A DNA stretch of 64,000 nucleotides, taken from assembly GCA_963705255.1 (NCBI GenBank), contig OY970061.1:1024001-1088000 (forward strand), read 5' to 3'. Shown here piece by piece: positions 38,058-47,811 of this stretch. A program made the position numbers and the translations under genes. The DNA is from an uncultured Methanoregulaceae archaeon. GTDB lineage: Archaea; Halobacteriota; Methanomicrobia; Methanomicrobiales; Methanospirillaceae. The first letter of the stretch is position 1. The number at the start of each line of letters is the position of its first letter. The notes below the pieces were generated by a model. The model was not told the origin of the DNA, did not search any database, and saw only the letters and a list, made by a program, of their open reading frames with translations.

Positions 38058-40328
38058 ATGATAAAGATACTGTATGTCGATGACGAACCGGTGTTGCTCG
38101 ATGCATGCAGACGGTTTCTCGAACGTACCGGGCTGTTCCTTGTTGAGACTGCACTGAGCGGGGAGGAAGCCCTGCAAAAAGTGCGTACAGGGGCCTATGA
38201 TGCCATCATTTCGGATTACCAGATGGCTGATATCGACGGGCTCGCTCTGTTAAAAATTATCCGTGATAAGATTCCGGATCTGCCATTTTTAATCTTCACT
38301 GGCAAAGGGCGCGAGGAGGTGGCAGTAGAGGCATTCGAGCACGGTGTAGATTTTTATGTCCAGAAGGGCGGGGACCCGAAGACCCAGTTTGCCGAATTGG
38401 CCCATAAAGTGCAAAAAGCGGTTGAGAGCCATACGATCAAACGGGAACTCTCCGCGACTGAAGAAAAGTTCCAGAATTTTGCCCGGAATTTTGAGGGAAT
38501 CGCTTTTCAGATGAAAACGGATGGGACTTGCCTGTTTCTCGAGGGTAAAATACCGGATATTACCGGGTATACCCGTGAAGATATTCTTTCTGGAGCAACT
38601 CCCGTCATTTCCATCATTCATCCTGATGATGAAACTGAGTTCCAGAAAGGGGTAAAACAACTCGGTATTGTTCCGGGATTCATTATTGATTCCCTTATCC
38701 GGATTGTCAGGAAAGACCGTGGCATCCGCTGGCTCCATGCTATCATCCACAATATCTGCGACAATACCGGGACCATCCTCTATATCCAGGGTGCATTGTA
38801 TGATATCACCGAACTTAAGACCGCGCAGGACGAGATTGCAAAAACCGAAGCGAAATGGCGCTCCATTCTCACAAAAGCACCCGCCACCATATCCGTTCTC
38901 GACAGGAAAGGGAACGTGTTGTTCCTCAATAAATTGCATCCTCCCAAAAAAGCGTCTGATATGGTCGGCACCAGCGCTCACGAATTTCTTGCGCCCGATC
39001 AGGAACAGGTCCTGCAATCGGTACTTGACAGGGCTTTCAGTCTTGGTGAGGTTGTGCGGTTTGAGTCTTCCGTGAAACTCGGGGACACGGTCACAGAGTT
39101 GCTGTCCCACCAGGTCAGCCGGATTTTGTGGGACGGGGAACCCGCCGCTCTCGTTGTTTCAATGGTCACTACCGAACGAAAGTGGCTGGAGCAGAACCTC
39201 CGGGAGAGTGAAGAGATCTATCGTGCTATTGTAAGCGCCTCCGGTGATGGTATTGCCATTCTCGATAAATCAGGACTCATCACCTTCGGCTCTCCGAGGA
39301 TATACGATATTTTTGATATTCCACGGGAGAAGAAGATGACCGGCGTTTCTGCCCTGAACTTTGTGGACCCGGCCTTCCGCCGGATGGCAACGCAGAGAAT
39401 TACCAAGAATTTTTCCGGGGATTCCGGACCAGAAACATATGAATACCTGCTGAGGAAGGATGACGGGACCCCGTTCTGGGGTGAACTGATAGCTAGTCCA
39501 CTGCTTGATGACGCTGGAAACGTTACCGGCCTGCTCGTACTCATCCGGGATATCACAAAACGGAAGAACTACGAGAAAGCAATAGCCGACAGCGAAAAAA
39601 AATACCGGACAATCATCGAGAACATGCAGGATATGTTCTACCGGACAGACCTCGACGGGAACGTCCTGATGATAAGCCCACACGGCGCAAAACTTGCCGG
39701 TTATGATTCGCCAGAGGAGATGATTGGCCTGAATACAGCCCGGGATATTTATATGGACCCTGATGAGAGAGAACGCTTCGTCGCATTACTTGAAGAGAAA
39801 GGATCCGTAACGAATTATATTACCACTCTTAAAACGAAGACTGGGAGACCTGTTGTAGTCTCGGCGAGCAGCCAGTTTTGCTTTGACGATTCGGGAAAAA
39901 TCGTGGGTGTGGAGGGAATTCTTCATGACATCACCGACCTCAAGAGAACGGAGGACAGGCTCAGGGAGAGCGAGAGCAGGTTCAGGGCGATCTTTGAATC
40001 TGCAGAAGATGCAATTTTCATCAAGGATGCACAGAGCAGGTACACCCTCGTCAACCCTACCATGGAGCATCTCTTTTCAAAAACTGCAAACCAGCTGCTG
40101 AACATGACAGATACGGATCTCTTCGGTCCCGGTATTGCGCCCGAACTCCGCGCTGAAGACCAGCGCGTCCTGCGGGGCGAGGTCATCCGGCAGGTGAACA
40201 CCCTCCCAATCAACGGGGAGAAGCGGAAATTCCATATTGTAAAGGTCCCGATACGCGATGATAGTGGCATTATCACCGGTATCTGCGGGATCTCCCGTGA
40301 AATCAACGGGACCGGAGTATCCAAGTGA
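38058..40328 (+). CDS. Receiver + multiple PAS/PAC signalling protein (no kinase domain)
   Basis: LYVDDE, ISDYQM, FTGKG, YVQK receiver followed by about 5 PAS/PAC units ending in DIT motifs. Confidence 0.9.
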   Translation: MIKILYVDDEPVLLDACRRFLERTGLFLVETALSGEEALQKVRTGAYDAIISDYQMADIDGLALLKIIRDKIPDLPFLIFTGKGREEVAVEAFEHGVDFYVQKGGDPKTQFAELAHKVQKAVESHTIKRELSATEEKFQNFARNFEGIAFQMKTDGTCLFLEGKIPDITGYTREDILSGATPVISIIHPDDETEFQKGVKQLGIVPGFIIDSLIRIVRKDRGIRWLHAIIHNICDNTGTILYIQGALYDITELKTAQDEIAKTEAKWRSILTKAPATISVLDRKGNVLFLNKLHPPKKASDMVGTSAHEFLAPDQEQVLQSVLDRAFSLGEVVRFESSVKLGDTVTELLSHQVSRILWDGEPAALVVSMVTTERKWLEQNLRESEEIYRAIVSASGDGIAILDKSGLITFGSPRIYDIFDIPREKKMTGVSALNFVDPAFRRMATQRITKNFSGDSGPETYEYLLRKDDGTPFWGELIASPLLDDAGNVTGLLVLIRDITKRKNYEKAIADSEKKYRTIIENMQDMFYRTDLDGNVLMISPHGAKLAGYDSPEEMIGLNTARDIYMDPDERERFVALLEEKGSVTNYITTLKTKTGRPVVVSASSQFCFDDSGKIVGVEGILHDITDLKRTEDRLRESESRFRAIFESAEDAIFIKDAQSRYTLVNPTMEHLFSKTANQLLNMTDTDLFGPGIAPELRAEDQRVLRGEVIRQVNTLPINGEKRKFHIVKVPIRDDSGIITGICGISREINGTGVSK

Positions 40329-40387
40329 GAAAAACTCCGGAGAATCGTTCCCACAATCCTGCAGCTCTGCATGGAGGAAAAACCCGG

Positions 40388-41755
40388 TTATTTTTTCTGC
40401 TGGATCCGGACGAGCGGGGAACACCGCCCGAAAAACCCGGCAATAAACGAAGTGAATTCCGGGCTCCAGCAGTTCCTTCCCTCCGATACTTCCCAGTTGT
40501 TCTCCAGGGACTGGCGCACGTGGCGCCCGAGGCTCAACTGGAGAAGGGAGGGGGATGAGAGCAGGTCCTTCGCTTTCGTGTATTCCCGGGGGATTTCGGT
40601 CTCGTACCTTCCCTGCACAATATAGGGGCCTGGCAGAGCCGAGGTGATATGCTTTGACCGGAATTTTTCCGCATTGACGCGGTTCCAGACCGGTGGACCG
40701 ATATGGGCACGGATGAGAGGCAACCGTGAGACCATCAGTTCGAAGAGCAGCATGCACTTCTCCTGCTGCATGGCAAAATGGGCATGGTGCACGCAGAACC
40801 CGTTACGTTCGAGATGTTCGTGGATCGTAACCATACTGCGTTTCAGCTGCGGAACAACAACTTCCTCGATGTAGGGTGGTGTTTCAAACGTGATCGCGTA
40901 AAGATGCGTCCCACGCTGTTCTAGCAGGGCCTCAAGCTCTCCGGCCGAGATCGTCTGTTCATCCGGGATCGTAAAAAACAGGTCGGAGGGGGACTCAAGA
41001 TACCCCCGGGCGAGCTCCACGAATTCGACCATCCGGTCAAGTGATACGGCAGCTGCCACGTTCCGTCTCGGGTCGACCGGATCAATCACGACAAGAGGTT
41101 CGCCAAACACCTTGGTACCATGCTTTTCGAGATCTATAATTATATGTGGCCGCCATTCCGCGGCAGCTTCGAGGAGTTGCGTGAAGCCGCCGTATTGGAG
41201 TACCAGCAGCTCGCAGAGATAGCCGGAGAACCCCTCGGTCATCTGGTCAGAGCCGTAGATCCCGCCGGCTTTGGTGAACTGTTTAAGCAGCAGTACGTCA
41301 TCGATCAGGCCGTTGATCTTCTCCGTGATATACCGGGTATGAAAAGGCGTGCGGTCGACAGCACTCTGGATCTTCGTTGCGCTGTCCACAGCATAACAGG
41401 GCACCAGGTCAACATCCTCGTTGTCGATTGTGGCGCTGATGTACGGGTGCTCGGCATACTTCTCATGGAACCGGTCGGTGAAAGATGCCGCGATGCTCCT
41501 CGCGAGGGTGAGACCTTCCGTCTCGAGCTGCTCACGCGAAAGACCGGGGTCAAAGAGCAGGAAGACATCGAGGTCTCGGTCACCCCGTACCCACGTATCG
41601 CGTGCTACCGAACCCACAACCATTCCCTTCGCTTTCCCGCTCCTTTCGATGGCGGCCAGGAGTTGTTGTGCAAGATCGCACACATGCTCGCGTTCCTTGC
41701 AGGTCGGACGCAGAGATGCCAGGACTGCTTCTTCGTGGGGAAGCCGTTTCACCAT
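40388..41755 (-). CDS. cca: Archaeal (class I) CCA-adding enzyme
   Basis: GSVARDTWVRGDRDLDVF, YAEHPY, DLVPCY, SAVDRTPFH, GFSGYLCELL, DPVDPRRNVAAA. Confidence 0.96.
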   Translation of the reverse strand: MVKRLPHEEAVLASLRPTCKEREHVCDLAQQLLAAIERSGKAKGMVVGSVARDTWVRGDRDLDVFLLFDPGLSREQLETEGLTLARSIAASFTDRFHEKYAEHPYISATIDNEDVDLVPCYAVDSATKIQSAVDRTPFHTRYITEKINGLIDDVLLLKQFTKAGGIYGSDQMTEGFSGYLCELLVLQYGGFTQLLEAAAEWRPHIIIDLEKHGTKVFGEPLVVIDPVDPRRNVAAAVSLDRMVEFVELARGYLESPSDLFFTIPDEQTISAGELEALLEQRGTHLYAITFETPPYIEEVVVPQLKRSMVTIHEHLERNGFCVHHAHFAMQQEKCMLLFELMVSRLPLIRAHIGPPVWNRVNAEKFRSKHITSALPGPYIVQGRYETEIPREYTKAKDLLSSPSLLQLSLGRHVRQSLENNWEVSEGRNCWSPEFTSFIAGFFGRCSPLVRIQQKK

Positions 41756-42289
41756 GTGACCTCCAGCAGGTCTTCGTAGACAGGCCCGTGGGGGGTGAGC
41801 GTGCTCTTCTTGAGTTTCATGCCACTGATGGTGCAGCTGCCATAGGTAGTATCGTATATGCACCGGATCGCTGATACCAAGGATGGGTCTGGCGACTTCA
41901 CCCGTGCCACGGTCGCATGGGAGGTATACCTACGCGTTTCGCGTTCAAAGCCGAACGGGGCGAGGGCGTCCTCGATCCGCCTGAGGAGCTCCCCGCCATA
42001 TCCGGCATCATCGATAACGCACCAGACCGTCCGGGGCTGCCTTGGGTTGTTCAGTGCCACCCGCCCTGCATTGACCGGGAAAGTATGGAAGCTGAATCTT
42101 CTTCAGGGCGTCCATGACTGCCGGAAGGATCTTTTCATCGACTTCTCCTAGGAATTTTACCGTGATATGGATGTTCTTCGGCTCTACAAAGGTGAGGCGG
42201 GCGGAACACCCGCGGAGTCGCTCCTGTGCACGTTCAAGCCGTTCTCTCATCCCGCCGGAAAGTTCCAGCGCGACAAACACCCTGACCAT
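41749..42289 (-). CDS. thpR: RNA 2',3'-cyclic phosphodiesterase (2H family), frameshift near 42095
   Basis: MVRVFVA, HITVKFLGE in one frame; HATVARVK, STLTPHGPVY in another. Confidence 0.9.
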
Positions 42290-42420
42290 TATGGTACTAT
42301 TATTTCATTCTTCTACTAATGGTAATCGCTCCACTGGCCGCCAGCCATGGATGTACAAACCATGATTTTTTTATTCACATACTTCCAAATGGATAGATAA
42401 CAGAGTAAAGGGTGTTTTTT

Positions 42421-42690
42421 GTGCCGAAAAATCCGCAACTTATTGTTTATACGCTGGAACATTGTCCGAACTGCGAACTTCTGAAAAGTTTTCTGAAAAA
42501 AAGCGGGTGCCCGTTCACAGAGCGCGATCTCTCGACCGCCGAATCACTGACCGAACTCCGGATAAACGGCGTCTTTGTCAACGAGGCCCCTGTACTCCAG
42601 AAGAGTTCGGACTTCTACACTTCCGCTGACATTTTTCCGGCGGGCAAGCTGGACGGAGACCATATATCCAGGCTGATATCAGGTGAATGA
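42421..42690 (+). CDS. Glutaredoxin/NrdH-like redoxin
   Basis: CPNC motif, EAPVL; overlaps nrdD start. Confidence 0.85.
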   Translation: MPKNPQLIVYTLEHCPNCELLKSFLKKSGCPFTERDLSTAESLTELRINGVFVNEAPVLQKSSDFYTSADIFPAGKLDGDHISRLISGE

Positions 42691-44872
42691 TGGCACGCCG
42701 GGAGACCAAGCAGCTGACCTTCGACGGACTTGCCGTCCCGGCCCTCCCGTTCGTCAGGACGACCGACGGACACATTATCGAATGGAACCGCGATCGCATC
42801 GTCCGCCAGATCGTTGAAGAGACCAGGCTCGTCGAGACTTTCTACGGCTACGAGGGGGCGACGGAAGAAGTTGCGCAGGAAATTGCGCTGGATGTGGAGA
42901 CCCGTATAAAGAACATGGGCCTGAAGTCGCTTTCCGGCCCGCTTATCCGGGAGATTGTGAACATCACCCTTCTCGAGAAAGGGATGATCCAGTACCGGAA
43001 CGTCTCGACCCGGGTCGGTACTCCGGTCTATGACGCGCACCAGATCGATGTGGGCAGGGGGTTCGAAGCCCACGATAACGCCAACCTGCAGGAGAATGCC
43101 GAGACGTCCCACAAGAAAAAGGCGGACAAGATCTCAAAAGAACAGTACCTTCTCCAGCTCCCTCCGGACCTTGCCGACCACCACCTCTCCGGCGAGATGC
43201 ACATCCACGATCTGGAATATTTCGGCACCCGCCCATTCTGCCAGGACTGGGATCTGCGGTATTTCTTCTATTACGGGCTGATGCCAGACGGGAACGGGAC
43301 CAAGGCATCGGTTGCAGGCCCGGCCAAACGTGCGGAAGTCGCCATCCTCCACGCGGTCAAGGCCCTCGGCTCCGCCCAGACCAATTTTGCCGGCGGGCAG
43401 GGGTATTACAACTTCCTGACGTTCCTTGCACCCTACGTCGAAGGAATGGCCTACGACGAGATCAAGCAGATGGTGCAGATGTTCGTCTACGAGATGACAC
43501 AGATGATGGTGGCCCGGGGCGGCCAGCTCGTCTTCTCCTCGATCCAGCTCTCTCCCGGTGTCCCATCGCTCTGGCAGGACAAACCCTGCGTGTACAAGGG
43601 AAAGGTCTGGGACGGGAAATCTGCACCGAAACGGACCTATGGGGAGTTCGAGCGGGAGGTGAGACTCCTTTTCAAGGCGATCATGGAAGTGATGCTGGAA
43701 GGGGACTACTGGGGCAAGCCGTTCAACTTCCCCAAGCCCGAGATCTCCATCGAGCCGGATTTCATGACAGAACGAGAAGAGTTCAACAGGAATAACCCTG
43801 ACCTCCCGACCTACCAGGAACTCTACCTGATGACCTTTGAACTTGCGTCCAAGTTTGGCACTCCCTATTATGACAACCAGCTCCCTGCGTACCGGGGGGC
43901 GGGTAAAGGCATCTCCTGCTACCAGTGCTGTGCCTACCAGTTTTCGGCCGTTGCGGACGAGGATTCCGATTTCGACAGGAAACTGGTCTTTGAGGACGGG
44001 CGGCACTTTTCCATGGGGTCGTGGCAGGTGGTCTCGGTAAACTGCCCGCGGGCAGCGTATAATGCCGATGGCGATGATGCACGTCTCTTTGCCGAACTGA
44101 AAAAACTGATGGATGTGGCTGTCGAGATCTTCAAGATCAAGCGCCGCTGGATGGAGCTGATCCGGGCCAACAGCCGGATGCCATTTGCCATGCAGCGCCC
44201 CAAGGATCCGAACACTGCCGAACGCGGGGCGATTGCAGTCGACCTTGAGGGGCTAGTCTACACTATCGGTGTCGTCGGCGTTAACGAGATGGTACAGCAC
44301 CATACCGGCAAACAGCTCCACGAATCCAAAGAGGCGTTCAGACTTGCAATCCGGGCGATGACCGAGATGGAGCTCTATGGCCGTGAACTGTCGAGGAAGA
44401 ACAACATGACCATTGCCCTTGCGCGGACTCCGGCCGAGACTACCGGGCAGCGGTTTGCCGTCGCAGACCTTCTCGACCGCCGCTACCATGAGTTTGCAAA
44501 AAAGGTGATCAAAGGTGACCTCCAGGAGGGACTTGAGAGGCTCGGCACGAGCCGGGACCTCCCGATCTATTATACGAACGGTACCCATGTCGCACCCGGT
44601 GCGGATGTCCCGCTCACCAAGCGGATGGAGATTGAGCACGTCTTCTTCCCGATCGTGGACGGCGGCAATATCTTCCATATCTGGCTCGGCGAGGCCCGTC
44701 CCGATCCCCGAGGCCTTATGGACATGGCAATGAAGTCTGCCGGACTACCCAGATCGGGTACTTTGCCTTCACCCGGGACATCACCATCTCGCTCCGGCAG
44801 TTCCACGAGATGAAACCCGGGAAAAAGTCCATCAGCCAGTGGACCCCGTCGGATCTTCCGGCAAGAGCATAA
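42687..44872 (+). CDS. nrdD: Anaerobic (class III) ribonucleotide reductase catalytic chain; frameshift near 44735; no glycyl-radical C-terminus
   Basis: ATP-cone, HIHDLEY, RPFC, FNFPKPE, YQCCAY, RTPAETT, YYTNG, GGNIFHIWLGE; shifted tail ...GYFAFTRDIT...ARA* ends at 44872. Confidence 0.9.
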
Positions 44873-45070
44873 TTTTTCCCGTCCCGGGTCTCCTGCCGGG
44901 TCTGGGCATTGATCTCTGTAACCTCTGCCCGGAACCCTACATAATTAACCCGGAAAAAGTGGTGGTGAAATGGACCGGGTATCAGGAGACTCGCGTATCC
45001 CCTTGTATGATACCGGAAGGGAGCGCCGACAGTAACGTTCTGGATTTTTATCCGTTTTTATAAAAAAAGA

Positions 45071-45490
45071 TCAGGTCTTTTTCGCTTTTTTTAAGGTAAT
45101 ATCCATTACACCGCGATGAAGACGGTAATAGCTGTGGATCCGGTCAATGGGATGGTCAAGCATTATTGTTGTGGTGCGATCATCGACACAGATACGCACG
45201 CAGGTGATATCGATATCGGCAACCGGGATGTTCCGGGGATCCGCAGGCATCGTGGCGGTAATGAAAACCTGATCTCCAGACTCCATCACTTCGTACGGGA
45301 TTTCCCCGTCATCTTCCGGCGCGCTGGCCCGGTAAATTTCAGGATCTCCTCCAGACGGGTGCCGGGTAATGATCGTGTATCCTACGATACGCGCATGCTG
45401 ACTTTCCGGCATGTTTCTGACAATGTCCTCGACAATTTTTGCAAGGTTGTTGAACACATCATCATAGGGACCGTTCGGGTTATTCTGCAT
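45071..45490 (-). CDS. Hsp20/alpha-crystallin-like small protein
   Basis: IPYEVME...VFITATMP...GVMDITLKK; co-transcribed with ArsR-type regulator. Confidence 0.7.
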   Translation of the reverse strand: MQNNPNGPYDDVFNNLAKIVEDIVRNMPESQHARIVGYTIITRHPSGGDPEIYRASAPEDDGEIPYEVMESGDQVFITATMPADPRNIPVADIDITCVRICVDDRTTTIMLDHPIDRIHSYYRLHRGVMDITLKKAKKT

Positions 45491-46106
45491 GAACACCTCG
45501 GAGTATATATTGTTCCTTCTCCCTTTTCACAATCCCCCGATGCTCGAATCGTTTGAGTATATCCGTAAGGGGGTCACCGGGAATGCCGGTGACCTCCTTC
45601 AGCTCCGCAAGGGTCAGGGAGTCGTGCGAGAGCGCTATGATTACAGTAATCTCTCGTTCGCTCCTGAATAAATCCTTATGGTTGAAGGCAATGTCACTGA
45701 TCTTTGTCTCGATATCATGGTTGATCTGTTCGAGGTTTGCAATGATCTGGTCGTGTGCCTTGATCATGCGCCCGAGCATGGCGACAGAGTTTTTCAGTCT
45801 CTCGTTCTTTTCGTCGTCCTCGCTTGAGACTGCGGAAACAATACGCACTTCTTTGAGGCTGACATTGATGAGGATGTCGTTTGCCAGGTAGTAGTATTTC
45901 CGGCGGCGTTCATCCATCTGGAAGGAGAGTATGGCTTCGCGCTCCATCATCTGGAGATGGTCGATCACCGCTTTTGGCGAGAGCATGAGGGTATCGGATA
46001 TCTCCGTAACAAAACAGGGCTTCTGCCGAAGCAGTTCAATGATCCGCCTCCGGTTGCGGTTCCCGAGTATGTCGAGAAGGCGGGCAACCTCGCCAGTATC
46101 GTTCAT
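45480..46106 (-). CDS. ArsR-family regulator (archaeal heat-shock regulator HSR1/Phr-like)
   Basis: LDILGNRNRRRIIELL..KPCFVTEIS...PKAVIDHL...RRKYY. Confidence 0.85.
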   Translation of the reverse strand: MNDTGEVARLLDILGNRNRRRIIELLRQKPCFVTEISDTLMLSPKAVIDHLQMMEREAILSFQMDERRRKYYYLANDILINVSLKEVRIVSAVSSEDDEKNERLKNSVAMLGRMIKAHDQIIANLEQINHDIETKISDIAFNHKDLFRSEREITVIIALSHDSLTLAELKEVTGIPGDPLTDILKRFEHRGIVKREKEQYILRGVHAE

Positions 46107-46233
46107 CTTTACGTAATGTTAGTATGAAAATATTTAGGGTTTGTTCTCATGGGTTCTGATAAGTTGACGGGACTTTTGAGAAATGCATCAGTGATGGTGC
46201 ATGACGAGACTTCTTAAAAAAATCTAATTTGAA

Positions 46234-47088
46234 CTATAATTCAGCATCGAGAAGAATTTTAATTGGAATCGGATATGAAACTGGTTGATTTGTTTCACAG
46301 GAGAACACTCGAAATTGTGTAGATATCTCGTTACAATGATTACCTACCTTTTCCCAATTGTATCTTTCAGGTAATCCAATTAAGGTTATTCTAGGCGGGA
46401 TTCTCATCCGACCCGGATGTATTAATTCGTAAACTCCGGGTTTTATTTGAAGCAATCCCCCTTGTAAGTTCGGGATTGTTTCAAACAGATTAATCGTTAG
46501 CAATTTTCCGAGTGAATCGCGCAGTTCACTATCACGACCAAGAGTACCAAGATTTTGAATTAGCTGCCTCACATGGCACAAATAATATATTATATAGTTA
46601 CGAGATTGCTCCGCCATTGTGCACGATTCGTTTGTGAATATGGGGATGTTATTTAGCGAGGCTGACGAGGCAAGTCCCATGATCGTAGGGTGTCCCGTAA
46701 TATCACTAATTAATTGAATAATTGAATTTGGAACGTCGTTTTCATCCCAAGTTCTCCAAACAAAATCACGCCAATATTCTGGAACTTCTGTATTATCTAA
46801 TCTCACCACAAGTAATTTGAAACTATTATCATGTTCCTTAATCCCTTTTGCAATTTCCATTTCAAATTGAACACATCTACTTCTGCGTGCATTGAGTGAA
46901 TAAAGTAAAATATATCCTTTACTTTGTCTTAATCCCGATTCCAATTCACCCTTTAAATGATCGCCACCCGATAATAGACTTTCATCATACCATACAAAAA
47001 GACCGTTAAAAATTGCATTGTGGTAAATAAACCTTGCAAGTTCCTTGTTTGCTCCATTGTGACTTAGAAAAAAATCAAACTCGGCCAT
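46234..47088 (-). CDS. TIR-domain protein (AT-rich, stand-alone)
   Basis: FDFFLSH, VWYDE..L..GD, SRCVQFEMEIA with candidate catalytic Glu. Confidence 0.85.
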   Translation of the reverse strand: MAEFDFFLSHNGANKELARFIYHNAIFNGLFVWYDESLLSGGDHLKGELESGLRQSKGYILLYSLNARRSRCVQFEMEIAKGIKEHDNSFKLLVVRLDNTEVPEYWRDFVWRTWDENDVPNSIIQLISDITGHPTIMGLASSASLNNIPIFTNESCTMAEQSRNYIIYYLCHVRQLIQNLGTLGRDSELRDSLGKLLTINLFETIPNLQGGLLQIKPGVYELIHPGRMRIPPRITLIGLPERYNWEKVGNHCNEISTQFRVFSCETNQPVSYPIPIKILLDAEL

Positions 47089-47467
47089 TAGTTACGAATA
47101 CCATGTCTTCAAAAATATTTATTTCCCCTCTACTGCCAACCCGATCATCATCATCCACCGGTTACCGGAAAGATCAATTTAGTTACCCGCCATCTGTGCC
47201 GGTGTCATTCGGTGTCAAATTGAATCCCCAACATCCACTTTTTCATAGGTGACTCGGACTTACGATCCCCCGGAAAAATAACTGCCCTTAAAAAGCCCCG
47301 TTTGGCAATCTGAACCCATTTTGAAAAATCGGTTTTTTGAGGGTCGCATTTTTTCGCGAATTACAGCACAGTGATTTTGAATGAAGTCCATATTGTCCGT
47401 ATTTTGCTCATTTGAGGATCATTTCAGCCTCCGAAAAATGTCTCTTTATTGCCTTTTGGATGAGCGA

Positions 47468-47520
47468 TTGCTACCCGAAGGGTAGCAAGAGCTTGAGAAG
47501 AATGCCAGAGGCGTTCTTCG
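47468..47520. repeat. Two adjacent hairpins, one related to the 2.8-3.4 kb array
   Basis: TTGCTACCC-gaa-GGGTAGCAA; GA-GAAGAATGCC-aga-GGCGTTCTTC-G. Confidence 0.7.
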
Positions 47521-47811
47521 AACGATGATTGGGGTGGTTTTTCGGGTTTCTGGTTATCCTGAGAAATGGCGGGGTGAGGTATCCAGGGTCCCGGGTCAGA
47601 AAATGTACGCCGACCGCCACATACGATAACCGGGTAAAAGAGGATTCTCAATAAAAAGGTTCTGACGCAATGATGCGTGAATAATTGTTTTCCATTCACG
47701 CGATTGATCGACCGTGAAGTATCATAACCTTCTCATCCGGATTCGACAGGATTCCCCAAAGCATATTCCTCTATGGAGGCACATTTCCATCATCGATGAA
47801 AACCGGGAGGA

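Noticed and set aside
46200-47130. Direct repeats flanking the TIR gene
   Set aside because: Only weak A/T-rich similarity (TCTTAAAAAAAT vs TCTTCAAAAAT), explicable as terminator and promoter tracts.
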